Shown: positions 25,636 to 39,270 of the stretch, piece after piece | How the letters are laid out: every line of letters begins with the position of its first letter | Position numbering within the stretch: the stretch's first letter is position 1 | NCBI GenBank assembly: GCA_036172245.1 | Contig: JAYWIR010000065.1 | Span: forward strand, 372,001-436,000 | Direction: 5' to 3' | Length of the DNA stretch: 64,000 bases | DNA from: Raillietiella orientalis | Lineage: Eukaryota | The notes under the pieces: model-generated | Databases searched by the model: none | The model's input: only the letters and a program-made list of their open reading frames with translations | What the model was told of the DNA's origin: nothing | Program-made: the position numbers and the translations under genes

Positions 25636-28600
25636 GGAAACTCGTAAGTTCAACTGCGTGGAAGTTTTGTCAGCGAGAAGGAATCACGTGGAAATTTCCC
25701 TCAGCATTGCCACCATCGAGTAGTCAGTTGTGTGTACGTGTTCGAATAGCCGCAAACCCGCGAAACTCATGCAAAAAGTGTTTGATATCCACACAGTTGC
25801 TACATAATTTTTCGAGATTTTATGGATCAACCACTTTCGCATATTTTCTCATGTGGAGAAACTTTAATCAAGTACTCTTAGGCACGTGAACTCAACTTCA
25901 TGATCAAAGGCACGTCAGAAGCAGCTGCGAATGAAATTAGCAGTTTCTCCCCACTAGTAGATAAAATTTTCTAGAAGCTTCCAAATGCCTTCGTCACTGG
26001 AAAAGAGATAAGCAGGACACAAAGTAGATGGCCCTCGTAGAATTTGGCACTTATGAGGAAGTGTTGTGCCCTCTTTTTTCGTGTTTTGGCTTCCATTTTT
26101 CAAAGCTCTTGCTGCAAGCCAAACTCCTTTTGTGTACCATTCGCACGTATGCTGTGTCAGATGAAGGTCTTTTGTCATTTTCTTCCCCTTCGCATGTAAA
26201 GGAAAAATGTGGATTGGTCGCCTATATTTTAATTGCATCTCCGCATCCCTCACCCTCGGATGATTTCCCATTTCAAAGGATATCCAAGGAAGCTAAGCAT
26301 TTCAAACCTATTCCTGATCGAAAAAAAGCACCTATAATGAATAGTTCATCTGTTCGCTCAAGCTCATGAGTTATTCATCTGTACATTACGAACCATGGTC
26401 ATTACATGAGAATAAAAGAGCTGTGTTTGCTATGAGATGACTCGAGGATTGACTAATGATGAGCTATAAACAGATACAATGCAAACTCATTGCAAATTTA
26501 GGCTCTGTGCCTGCAACGAACAAAAAGCACATGACTTTGCTATTTGTGTACAGTTTGGATGCAAGAAACACTATAGTTACCGAAACTGGATAAAATGGTA
26601 CCAAACTATCTTATGCAATGTAAAGCAGGAAAATGAAAAACGAAATTCATACGCGATGTAAGAGATTTGTCGGTGATGCAGGGGATTTTCTCCGGACGTG
26701 TGGTAGTTCCAAACCCGGTAGATCATTGAAATCAAAAATCATCTTTATTACTCAGACGTCGAAACCACCCTCGAATGCAACTCTAACACACCTAAGTCGG
26801 TAAGCACTCCTTTCGCTTAATCTGCAGAAGCCAGTCTGGTAGGCACTTATAGATCCTTCAGTTAGGTCCTTCTTATAGGTCCTCCTTGGTCAAGTTGAAC
26901 GCCTGCAGCTCCTTTGGTACTAATGCTCTAAATATACTTTTGAACATTGCTGCGCATCTTCATCCTGTCAAATCGTGCGTTTAAAACCTTTAATGCTTTT
27001 GGGTGTCCATGATTCACAGAAGGTGATCGGGAAAGAATTTCCTCGCGTCCCTTATGTATCCATAATTCATTTTAGACGGAAGTTTCCGAGACAAACAACT
27101 TTTCATCATTTAGTCGGTCCCGATCGGAGTTGCTTGTGATGGTGCTCTGCTACATCATTAATCCCACATTTTAAGGTCGCTACGCTTTATCACTCTGTTT
27201 GAAAATTGAGCTGGACAGATATGTTGTTTCATCTTTTTGAAACTAAGGATCCTATGTTGGGGAAAATAAAACTATAATTAGAGAAGGAGGTCTTTAGAGA
27301 AGACCTCGATGATATTCGGAACCCAACCTTACCAAGGACCTGTTTTCTATTTTGCACATTCATGCTTAATGGCCAAGCTCGAAGCTGCTCTGAGTTACGA
27401 GAAGACCTGGATCACCTGATGACCTGCATATTTCAAATTCTATGCAAGTACTTTGGTCGTTTTTAAGAAAACGGAGGAAGGTCCCAAAAACTTTCTCAAA
27501 ATCATGTTCGTGTTTCATCGTAATCGCGAGAAAGAACTTTACACCAAACTCTATTACCAAACGCCCATTTGAGCGTTTCCTCTGAAGCTTTTCTTCGACT
27601 TTTGGTATTCATGGCTTGCGTCGAGTCTTCTGTGAAGTTAAAGAGCATCGATGCTTTTGTTGTAAGGAAAAGGAATATCCACGTGTTGCTGCTGTATCAG
27701 ATTCTCTCGGTGGTTGCGGGTAGTCTGAAGAGTTGAAGAAGCAACGGCGAAGAATCCTCGGACGCAGAACAAAAGGGACGGATATAATTTGGAAAGGATT
27801 CTCATTGCAAATTCGGGTATTCACCAAAATCGGGTATTCTTCTATGACAGATTCTCTGCATTTGAGGAAGCGTGGGAAGAGAATGGTGGAAATTTTACTT
27901 CTTTCTGGGCTGTTGGGGAGTTCACCATCAACTACTTTCGTTTGCACAGATGAAACGAAGCACTAAATGAGGATGCTGGAGTTACGAATGACTGTTTAAA
28001 ATAATAGGAACAGGATACTCAAAGCTCTGCTGAGATAATGGGCAGAAAGCAAACCCAAGTGATTCCATCATCGCCACTTATTATCATACGTTGGTGGAAT
28101 TCTTACGAGGTCTCTGGGATCCGTGCCTACAGATGACTAGATAGCGTCTAAAAGCGATTGTGGTGACTCATGGAGCTCCGATTGCAGTGTTCAAATCATT
28201 TGATGTTAACAAATTCGTCTGATTTGGAGAGTGCTCTTTGGCATCTCATTTAGTTCTTGCAAAGTCAAGGAGTACCAAAATAATGCAAATGCATTTTCTT
28301 ACTCTTGAAGATGTGCATTCCTTTTTCTTTTCTTTTTTTTTCGATTAGCTTTGGAATTCTCGTTCCAGAATCACCTATTTGTCATCCCTAGACTGACATT
28401 TCGAGAGAGCTTCCCATTTCTTGTGCTTTCCGATTTACCGTTTAGTTTGCAGGAAGGAATGTCAATACTCTAATCATAAGGAAGAATGTTTCTTCAATCA
28501 GAGTAATGGAATACTCACGTGCTCACCTAATCAAGACGAGCCATCTAGGAAATCCTGTGCTGTGTTCTTCCTAGTCACAAACATCATCCTCGAATGTAGC

Positions 28601-30169
28601 CTTAATCACCTTTACTGAGGGCATCACGCAGTTTCTGTTTCGGTTTCGTGCTCTTTGAGAATCTGATTCCACTTGGCTCAGTGTATTCCAATTGACAGCT
28701 GCTTCTTCCTCCTTCAGTGGTACATCGATGATTCAGAACCAATCATCAACCACGAGCTACCTTGAGATCAGAGTGAAAGCCCACATGCTGCAGATGGCAA
28801 CTTTGAGCTACAGCGCCTTGCAAAGCAGCCGTGCTGAAAATTACCCAATAAGAAGAGGAAAAGGAACTCATTTTTCATGTGGGTACACGGGACTTTCAAT
28901 TTCTGGAGAATACAGGGGGAACGAAACAGTCGTAACATCACCTCTCCGTAGCAGCAGGATAATGGAACACGAAAACACGAAGAAAGTTTTCTAAAAAGGG
29001 ATTCAACTCATTGGAAACCAAACAGCACCCTGAAAGGAGGATGAACAACCGAGCAGGGCTGTGGAATTCTTCCCTCAGGGCGGCATTTAGACTAAAGTAC
29101 AGTTAGAAAATGACAGTTCTATTCATATTCGGTGTCTTCCAAATAATCCAAAAAATGGTATTAGAAAGTTTAAGCACTCAAATACTCATACAAGAGCCCA
29201 GCCTCACTGTCAAAACCATCAAATACTCTGCAGTGATGCAGTCTTTACCAATGATGACATGAAGACAGAACGAAGCCTAAATTCTTTGGAAAAAAAAGAG
29301 ATTGCAGATCCCGCGAAGGAACCGCTCACATTCAAAGTCTAATGACAGGCTTGAGGGTAGGAAATACAATCGATTCCCTGTCGACAGTGTTCCAGATAAT
29401 GACTCACAATTTTTTTTTTTTTTCTCTCCATTGCACCGAGAACGCCCGTCGAACCTCTGTCTGCTGAATGTACGCAAGACGGCTGTATTGGATATACAAG
29501 CAAAATGGCTGCAGATGCCTTGCGTGAAATGCCAGTCCTGTGTTACCGCTGACTTCCCTTCAAAACAGCGTTGGCTTTCTTAAGCCCCATTGATAATGAT
29601 TGGTCAATGTCGAAAATGATTTCAGTAAGGAGCCTGACCCTTCTGAATCAGGCGAAGGTCAGGATCCGATAGCTGTTGGCATTGCGAGTTTTTACCGACA
29701 TTCACATACGTAGGCAATCACTGCGATGTACATTTGATCAATGATGGATCGATAATGTGATCCAAGGCAGATCAATAATGCGATGTGTATTCGAATCGAT
29801 GATATTCTGAACACTGAACACGTGGTGTGATTATGTTAATCATGGATACAGTAGTCTGATGATGAATAATGTGGTGTACACCCGACTGCTCACTTTATGA
29901 ACGTATCCCATGTCGCGTTTCATTCATAATTGGAGGAACTAAACAGGAAGTCGTTAAATTCCAGGAAAAGGAAACCATTTGAGGAATCGATCTCCAGGGA
30001 TGCCTAGAGTTTAATTTGAATTATACTGATCTTGAATCATAAGGAGAGAAAGGAAGCCATAATTAGAATCAATTTCTTTCTAGGAAGACACGACTAACGA
30101 CCCCGGCGTTTACTCTACCGAGAATCTGCACCACCTACTGCATTATGTGCTTGTGCCCCTATAAAGCAT

Positions 30170-31390
30170 CAAACGCAAGAGAAGACAAGTAAAGAAAGGC
30201 CAAAGTGGCCGAGATACCTTATCTTCGAGCCAGAGACGGACGGCGAAAGTTCTACTGGTTCCACGAAAAGGAAAGAACTTCCATTTACAAAAGTTTCCTG
30301 AGAGTGGGAAAAACAGAGAGCGGGGAGGGGGGTCTCGTGGTCTTCCGCGAGTTCACACACGTACACGGGAATCCGATGCTGGAAGCGGATACGGATGAGT
30401 CCCCGACCGGCGGCAGCCGATGAGCCGCGAGCACGTCCCGACGGACAAAATGGCTGATGGTTCTGCTTACAGGTGCGCCGAAGCAGCGGTCGAAGAACAC
30501 GGAAAGCGCGGGGAAAGGCCGAACCTGACGCTCGCGAGCCAGGAAGTGTGCCTGGAGAAATACTCGGGAGGACGAAAATCGAACTTCGGGGCCGTTCGTT
30601 TCCGAAGCAGCCATCCTGTCTCGATAGCAGAACTCCCGATAAATATATGTACGCGATGGGATTTCCTCCTCCTCCGTTTTGCGTCAAGCGACTTCCGTTT
30701 TCTCCCATTGTGCGTATCGCAGAACTTTGTCGTTCCGCGAACCGGGAAGCGGGCTGCAGGTTTGTCCTTAAGGGACGTAGTGCCTTGGACACCCCTGGTG
30801 AGCTGAAGAGCAAGGGCGGCATCCTTGCTGATGGACGACCTGAACGTAGGTCGGGACAGAACGCGTCGAAAAGATGTGCAAGCGGCCAGCATCTCCAGTC
30901 GACTGGCGGAACAGCTTGATCTCGCCTGCACGGAGGCACGTCCTTCACGTCCATCGGCGACGTGAGGAACTCACGGACCATAGCGAACCGCATTTAGGGG
31001 ATCCGAGAACTTCCCCTCCGCTTCTCGCACCAACCCTTGCTGAAGTTCAGGATGCGAGCGGGAAATCCCAGGAGGAAGCACCGGGAGATCGAAGAGGCTC
31101 TGATCTGAATGCCCGGATGGTACGGGTGCTACTCTGTGTACCAACGCGCCGTGGAGATCATCCTCGACAGAACCTCCATCCCGGTCACTCGGCGTTTCTT
31201 CCCTGGTCCTTGGACCAAACGACGAGATCAGTTTGAGCGCTTGCATCGTGAGATCCCCTTGATGTGCTTACCCTCGTGGCCCTGTAGTTGTCTTTTAGAT
31301 GGATGTGGGAAAGAATGGACGTGTATTCAGATTTTTGTACATGCCATAATGTAAAAGAAAGGGTGGCCGGTGTAAACAAGGGACGAGGAG
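30170..31390 (+). mobile_element. Decayed non-LTR element fragment with APE-endonuclease-like motifs
   Basis: GC/CpG-rich block; ordered motifs LTLASQEVCL (LQET-like), LLMDDLNVG (GDFN-like), TSFTSIG and FSHQPL (SDH-like) across frameshifts. Confidence 0.45.
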
Positions 31391-31905
31391 AGTGTCTCCA
31401 TTATCATCTTTCGCCTCTTATCTTCAATTTTTCAGATGTTCTCCCATTACGAGCGTCGTCTCCTCCGATGTTGCCAGTAGACACTCCCTCAGTACTGTAT
31501 TTCCATGGCACTATTTCTGTCCTGATGGATTCTGCCTTCTTCTCAAGGATTTTCAATTCCTTCAACCCTCCATTGCTGCTTATGCCCCAGGGCCTCAAGA
31601 ACTCCAAGTACTTCAGCTCACAGCGACGGAGATAAACGCCGCTAACTAGAGTAAGCACCATCGAAGTGCACCAATCAGTGAGCGCCAAGGTCCAGAGGTC
31701 GGAATATGATTGCTTGTTGTCCTAGCGTGGCATGAAACAGAAGGATGCTCCTGGAGGCTATTTCGAAGGATCCCAGCATCCTGATATGTGGACACATTGC
31801 GGAGGCCGCACAACTCTTCAGTAGAATACTTGATATGTGGTCGCAGTCTACGGAGGCATGCTGCATGGCATAATAACACATAACCATCGCATCATAATGA
31901 TATCA

Positions 31906-32184
31906 TCAGGCATAATTCATGCCAATGGCAAAAAGGCTTGCTTTTTTTTTGGAAATGTGCCTTCCATGGGCTTTACGGTTCCTTCCAAAAATCCGGACCA
32001 ACTCTAAGAAGCATAAGTTGAATTTTTCGCCAGCTTTCAGGAGATTTAGTACTCGAATGAGCTTCATTTGCTGGAAAATACCTACAGGTAGTATAAGAAT
32101 GGTATTGAACTTAATGACAGAATCATTATTTTGGGCGACTTCTTGGGGGTGTTGTGTATCTCCAGAAGGTGTATCCCTGCACAT
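31906..32184 (-). pseudogene. Leucine-rich-repeat fragment
   Basis: FNTILILPVGIFQQMKLIRVLNL fits the extracellular LRR consensus NxIxxLPxxxFxxLxxLxxLxL. Confidence 0.5.
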
Positions 32185-33119
32185 TTAAAGAGGTAAACTT
32201 CCATTCTACCTTTCCGTGTATGAGGGGCAAAAGACATGTCCTTGAATGTGCACACCGTGCAGTTTGCACTGCTAGGAATGACTCATGTAATTAAATCGTG
32301 ATTAAAAATTTAAACGAACATTTATCCTCGAATGAACAGAGATTTGTAAGTGATGCTTTGCTCATGTGAAGAAACCGTAGAAGCATGAAAGAAGTGTCTC
32401 AGTCTGTAGAAAGGATGTTTTTCTTTCTATTACATGTGACAACTGAAGAAGATTTCTGGGCGAAGATCCAGGTCACCATCCTATAGTTGGATTACTTTTG
32501 GCCATTCCATTCCTAGAGGTAAGTTTGCAAAACATTATTTACTTGGAAAAAATCACAAATAGCATTCAGAAACTTTCATCAGACCTCTGTGAATTGAAGA
32601 TGGACATGATTAATATCATTACAAGCAGTTTCGAAGAAAGAAAACTCCGAGGTCCAAAACGGTGGCAATGATGACAAAAAGTAAAGGATTTCCCTTTGAT
32701 AGAGATTTTAAAAAAGCCTCCATCCATAACAGTCCAGTTAATTTTTGAAGCCAATCCATTCTGGATGAAGAATTTGCCTTTCTTCAGCACCACATCATCC
32801 TATTGGCAATTAAAATGCTCGAAGACTAAGAACCACTCAAAGAATAACTTTGAAAGGTTTCTTTGTTTTAAAGGTCATTTGGAAAGCCTGGATGAAAATC
32901 TTATGCAGAAATGACTCCCGATTTCAGTGCGATGACGACACAAACATAAACATGGAAGGGAACCTTCCCCCTATTATTGATCCAAACATTTACCATAGAG
33001 GAAGAAGAGCAATGTATTTTGTTTCCGATGTCAGGTCTTTCCATAATGCATCACCACAATCGCGCTATTGTGATTCGGAAATTGAAAATCAAACTCAGAA
33101 ACACTAACTTCTAAGGACA

Positions 33120-33330
33120 TTACTTGTGATTCCTGGAACAGCCTCCTGGAAGCCTTCTTTTAAGCACACCATCACAAAGCATGGAACTGTTGCTATCAAA
33201 ATTGTCAGTGGCAATTGGAATGACATTCAAGAAGAATAGCCGTAACGTGTAAAGTGAACTTTCCTGACCAAAGTATTCTGGAGATGCGTTAAAAAAACAG
33301 CAAACGAAACATTTCCGTAGCAATAACTGA
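33120..33330 (-). pseudogene. Leucine-rich-repeat-like fragment
   Basis: PEYFGQESSLYTLRLFFLNVIPIATDNF, a degenerate LRR pattern. Confidence 0.3.
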
Positions 33331-34499
33331 ATAATTAAATGCACTTTTCTCCTTATGTAGACGACCTTTTGATTTATATTGCAATTGGTTGTTCCGAACT
33401 TTGCAAGCCTCATTTCATCTCCTGTTTCACGTTTCATGCATCTTAATCCATTTACTGGACGACCGGCTGTTTTTTCCAAGGTCATCAGAAGCAAAGAAAG
33501 CCCCTGACTCCGAAATCGAATTTCTAATAGAATTCATTGTGATGTCTACCCGAATCAGCGCTTCAGTACCCTACTTGAATCTACCTGGAAAAGGAAACTT
33601 TCAGCTTTAGAAAAAAAAATACGAACTGATGATGGCAAACACAATTTGAGAGTGCATCCTCCGTGCTAATCCAAGGACATGTTTAATGGACTCCACTACT
33701 TTATTTCTTATCTAGATAACGCTATGCAAGCTCTGCCAAATATAAGGCCCTGAAGCGATGCTTAGGTCAAACTGTTAAGAAAACTGCCGTGCCACGAACC
33801 GAAACCTTGTACAGGGAGACATGGAGCACCCCAATCAATAGATGAACGTAGAAAACATCCCAGTCTTGCAAGTAAGTTCATGGGTGCTTCTTGATTTGGC
33901 TCTGAAAACAGCAAGAAAGCTGGAAAAATGGGTCGCGTTCTCTTGTCACTGCTCTGCAGAAATGGTTGGTGTGCTAAAATCGCCGTCGCGGGAAGCTGCA
34001 ATCATCACTGGAAATATCTTAGCAGTTTCGAAGAGAAAACTTTTAAAATTTGGTTCCAAAATCGGATAAAAACAGATTGATCTTTCACGCGTTCATCTAT
34101 GTCATCGAATCTATCAGTATTAGATTTGCATCTGTCAGAGGACCTCTTTTAAGTGCCTTCTCTGAAAACAGCATCAGTTGAATCATTAAGCAGTTATAAA
34201 TGCGATGTTCATCATGACGGAAGTGGTAAGCAAGGCCTTCAGTTCACAATATGGAACGAATGCTCGGTCGAGTGACCACCTGTAATCACAGACTGAAGGG
34301 TGGTTCCGGCTTCACCTTGTGAAAACGCCCCAGTTCTCTCTCAATGAAGCAATGAATGGGTTAACCGGATACTCCTCTGTTTCCATTCATGAATGAATGA
34401 GTTTTCATGGCCGTTTCCATTACGGGCAGGCATCGAGACCTTTGACTGGAGCATTTTTTCAATATGCTTCTGCTTTCAGAATGAATGATATCTTGTCCA

Positions 34500-34800
34500 A
34501 TGTAGTATTAATTTAAATTGTTAGAGAATGGGTTAATTTAACGAGCAATGGGATGTGAGTGGAATATAGTGTAAAGGGAATGTTGATAGATTAGAAAAAT
34601 TTTATGTTATAGTAGTGTTTAGTCATGGATTTATTTGGAGAGTAAGTTTGATAGTTACATACTTTATTTTGTATTGGAGGATGTGATTGGGTAAAGGGAT
34701 GGTTTATTAGTTTAGAAGTTTGGGTTGATGTTTATTTGGAATTTATTGGGGGTCTGATTATGAAATTATTGATAGATTTTCTTTTATGATGATATTTAAA
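34500..34800 (+). pseudogene. nad5: NUMT, probably the 3' part of mitochondrial nad5
   Basis: Abrupt G/T-rich, C-poor block; in the invertebrate mitochondrial code IG-MW(TGA)LG and VDVYLEFIGG resemble the ND5 C-terminal GSMWF and DxGWxExxGG motifs; frameshifted. Confidence 0.55.
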
Positions 34801-37149
34801 ACGCTCCTTTAGATATCACCGCTCTCAAATGCACATAACTTTTCACTCGTGAGGAAGAAGGATCTCCTAGTTCATTCTGAGATCTCTCTAGCAAACGATG
34901 CGGAAATTCCCTTAATGTACGGGGACGTGACGCCTCCAGGAAAGTGGACCACCATGCTTCAAATAACTGAACATGGTTCGCTGAATTTCATGTGTAGGAC
35001 CAGCGGTTAATTAAATAAACACGAAAAATCATGTGCTGTAGGATCGAGAACGATTGAAAAGCTTGTTGCAAGTCTTGATGGACCAAAGAAAACTCTGTGG
35101 ATTCGGTGATGTCGCTTTGGATCTGATCTTTTTTTTTTGACCTCATATTTTCTAAGTGAAGTTTAGTGCTGGCATACGTGTGCTGCAATCCACAAATGCC
35201 ATCTTTATTAGAAATCGAGTTCTTCTTGCTTTTGGCTTTTTATTCGCAATATTTTCTTCTACTCTTCCTTACCGATGCAAATTAATTGGTTGATCACGAG
35301 AACTTGATTGCTCGCTAAACCTGAAAGATTGCACAAGTTCAGCTAATAAAACCGCAAACAGACCAAATACACATACAAGTACCATGTGTGACATCTTAAT
35401 CTTGTTCTCTGAATGAAACACAGTGTCAAGATTCATCAGATGGGAAAACAAAGTTGCAAGAAATTATGAGATCTCAGAAGGCATCTTGGACGACGATCGA
35501 AAAGCAAATCTGAATTCAAGACGTCAGAGACGTATGCTCGTTCTCTTTTGGATCTGGAAGGTTTCCGTATTACTCTCAGAGGATAAATTTTTTATGCTTG
35601 GAATAATTCTCGATTTTCTTTACATGTAATAAAAATCTCACACATTCTTGGATCAGAGAATCTAAGGAACGGATAATGAACTTCTATTTATGATAACCGT
35701 AATAAAGAATTCAACCGTGAATATATCATTCAATGAACATCATTTTGTGATGACATTAGGTTTCTCGAAAAATTTCAATTCAATTTGCTCACAATTTAAA
35801 TGCCATCCGTACCACTGCAACCCACAGGGGTTTGCTCCGTGAAGTGACGATTCTGGTATCTTGTATTAAACCAGCGACTACACGCATCCCATATCCTAAT
35901 TTGGCAGTTACATCTTGGTTCAGCTGCAGTATCAGGTTCGTTACATCATTGCTTGGAACCGAAATGGTTTGAAGCAACTGTTTGCTAACTTTGTATGCAA
36001 CGACTTCCGTGACCTCTGTAACTTGTTTGAAAATATTCTCATTTGTTGGAGTGGTATGCACTTCTCGACGAATTCTTCCTTCCCAAGATGATTTCTGATG
36101 GGCAAAAACGGTTTACACTGTTGTTGGTACGAGCGACCTCAGCTATGAGACCGTTCGCATTGGTCGGGTCGAAGAGCGACCTCAGCTATGAGGTCAGCAC
36201 GTCGTTGGCGTGAAGTGCGGCATAGACATCCAACCTCACCTCCTCTGTTCTACCGGATAATGGTTGTAGAACTTGGTAATCATACCATCATACCTAACAA
36301 TACCATTACGTCGAAGGAAAAACAAAGAAAGAAAGGGTTGGCCCTCTTTCGTGCTGACTTGCAATACCGAAGGAGTGCTTTCTGGTAGGGGTAGCTGAAA
36401 AGATGGCCTAGGCGAGCGGCCACTAAAAATTGAATCAGATAAAGTGCATGTTGCGTTCGCATTTGTAATCTCTCTTACCAGCTGCTGGGAAGCATTTGCT
36501 TCCTGTTTTTCCAAAGATCTCAGGAGATCAGAAGAGTCTTTGGTAGCCGTTTGGTGTGCATTCAAGAGATGCACTTGCATCTTCATTCACACCACTCTCA
36601 GTCTGAAATGAGTGGCATGCTTCGATTCTGAATTCTAAGTGCCAAGCAGCAAGTCCATGGCACAAAAAACCGTGGCAGAAAACGCCAAGATAAAAAAATT
36701 AATACCTGTGGCCTCCCTACGAACGAATTGCTCAGTCTGGTGGTTTTCAAGAGCAAAATTCAAAGATATAGATGCATGGTTTTAACAGTATGAAAAAAAA
36801 CATCTTTAAACCTCTTCATTTCTAGAAGAAGCGTCGAAGGTGAATTGCAGCTGCCAAACTGTCGTGCTGGAGTCATGTGAAAGCTTACGACTTGCCAGAA
36901 AACAAGAGGATTCCTGAGAGGAAGTGGAAATAAAAATTCATAGAGTTATGAATGCAATGAATGCCTTCTCCACGAAATATCGCATCATTGAAAGAATTGG
37001 TTGGGTCAAATAAGAGCAGATTCGCCACTTTCTATGGAAGAGAATAAAATAATCGGTATGCAGGATCAAAGATGAATGGAAATGCAATCAAGCTGTGCAT
37101 TCCCGAGCACTCTTTTTCCTGGTTCTCAATAAATTTGTTGATCATGTAA

Positions 37150-37470
37150 AATTTTTGATACACTTCAACCACACTAATTATTTGCCGGAGAAAATACGGA
37201 ATAGGAGATGAGAAACAGGAGATTCCCCGTGGGATCTTCGGTCAGTGACAAGCAAATATTTCAGCAAGCAAATCAATGGATCCTGTTTGACCAGGGCAAC
37301 ATTGTTCTAAAAAATCTACTTCCTTCCAAAGTTCAATTGAGACTAGTAGTATTTCGTAGCAAAATATCAAATCAGTTCAAAAACCGTGAAATTGATTTCC
37401 ATTGGTGTTTGCGCTGTATCAAGCAGATAATTCTATTTCAATTGATACTGAATGAGAGTAAAAGGACATA
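37150..37470 (-). pseudogene. Leucine-rich-repeat-like fragment
   Basis: TGNLLFLISYSVFSPANN* and neighbouring NRI-type segments; many stops. Confidence 0.3.
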
Positions 37471-37503
37471 AATTCGCTCACAATACCATAAGACTGTAAT
37501 AAA

Positions 37504-37948
37504 CATTTCTGCTATGAATAATGGAAAATACCGATAAGTATGACGAATCACAAAAAGCATACAATCTGTGATTATGAAAAAATGATATCGCACTCATTTT
37601 GAATTATTGAAAATCACATTCTTCAGGCAGCACTTTGGAGTACGAAAATTCCATGGAAACGTCTTCTCAGAACTCGTCCCACTCCGGAGACAGCTGTCAA
37701 AGTCACACACGGAAAACTGAATTTGCATGTCCGGGAGGGAAATGGCATCCCTGCTTCTGTAACAGCTTTGCTCTTCGTTCCAATGTTGTAACTACATTAC
37801 ATTGCACCGCATTCAAATCGTTTGGTGCAAATATGACATCTGCCTGGTCTTTTTGTCTTTTGCTTCAACTTTCCCTTTCGGCAGCTTTACGCGGTTATTC
37901 TGCCAAAATGAGCTCTCTGTGCAAACTGCTCTCTATAACCATCAAAGT
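37504..37948 (-). repeat. Inverted copy of 39938-40384
   Basis: Reverse-complement match; near-identical track ORFs MEYENSMETSSQNSS at 37635 (+) and 40253 (-). Confidence 0.95.
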
Positions 37949-38258
37949 TTCCCACAGCAATAGATGAGGAATATTTGCTTCTGTGCCTCCTCCAAAGAAT
38001 TCCCATAGAGGGGATACATGATTCGTGCTTCACTTAGCTTCGGGAAGTGAGGTAGAGCTCTGGTGCTAGTGTGCGAGACCTACGTGCTATATTCATACTT
38101 TTCATCTAAGAATTGATCTCCGAACATAACTGAACATCTTCCTTCCCAGGCAGCAACTGATCTTTCCGAATTATTGAATTAGAAGCGTTGATACCTTGGA
38201 AGCAAATATCGAGAGCATTCATGCAGAGGCTAATGATATTGCAGGTTCTCTAACTTAC

Positions 38259-38689
38259 CATCTATGAATTTTTCAGCTACTGCTGAAGCACCCTGAAGCA
38301 GCTGTTAACGGTACGCCAAGCCGGATGACCAGAGCCGGTAAGCTCACCACCAGAGGGCTGGACATTGTGTAAACTATCACATCCAATGGTGAAACTTCTC
38401 TTTGATCTTCTTTTCTAATGGACTGATCCATTTTTATGAGAGCGCTTCTGTAGAAGTTGGAAGGATTTTCTAATAATTTTTGGTTCATAAACTTCTTAAC
38501 AGACCAGCTCAGAAACACATGGATCATTCCGGAAGAAACCGAATGTGTGCCGAAGCCTCCTCTGCCAAAGCAAAACTTAGTTAGAAAGTTTTCTTCAAGA
38601 ATTTGATGTGATGTTTCTTCGGAAACGGAAAATCGACTGATTTCGAGTAGCATGCTGTTCTCCTTTGAAGCGGCTTTCCGGATGTCCAA
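38259..38689 (-). pseudogene. Protein-kinase N-lobe remnant (Pelle/IRAK-like)
   Basis: ENFLTKFCFGRGGFGT (GxGxFG loop), WSVKKF (VAVK-like), later EV; ends at a G|GTAAGT donor (plus-strand acttac at 38253-38258). Confidence 0.45.
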
Positions 38690-38829
38690 GGGCAGGAATA
38701 AAAGGAATTCAGCTGAAGAGAGAGAGTGGCCTTTAACAACATCGAGGCACAGACTCCAAATGAAGCAAGGCTTTTTAAAGCTCCGGGGTCATATCTGATG
38801 CAGGTTATTGACATTCTAAAGTTTCCGAG

Positions 38830-39270
38830 AATCTGTATTTTTAAAAGGAAGCGAAGAATAATTCAAGTTTTCTAAATTTGAAGCAATTGGAAACTTGAAA
38901 ACGGTTCAAGTTGCATACTTCCGAGGTCGAGGGATGTTCGGAAATCATTTCCGATCTCAGTTGGCGCATTTGAGCTTTGAATCAGCTCGTGGACCTTTTA
39001 GGAAATAAGGCCGAATCACGGGAAATGCTCACTTCCATTAATTTAGCTTCACAAAGAGGCATATGAAAGGATATCATTGAACTGTTCACTTAGAGTGTTG
39101 GGATGGAAATGAGTGATATGGTCACTTGCATTTCTTGCTACGTGGCTCTCTGTCGCCAGAGGGCACGAAACTGCTACCTCTGTTATACCTCCACAATAGT
39201 TCTTGAAGATTCCTATGGGCAACGTCCGTGCAAGAGGTTTAATTCCGGTACTTCGTGGAGATGCCAAGGA
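38830..39270 (-). pseudogene. Leucine-rich-repeat fragments
   Basis: LARTLPIGIFKN, NASDHITHFHPNTLS, AFPVIRPYFLKGP in order, with stops. Confidence 0.45.

Noticed and set aside
30169..30993. 274-aa minus-strand ORF
   Set aside because: No recognisable motifs; antisense to the APE-like remnant in GC-rich DNA
36131..36192. Repeat-spacer-repeat resembling a mini CRISPR
   Set aside because: Only two 19-bp units, eukaryotic context, no cas genes
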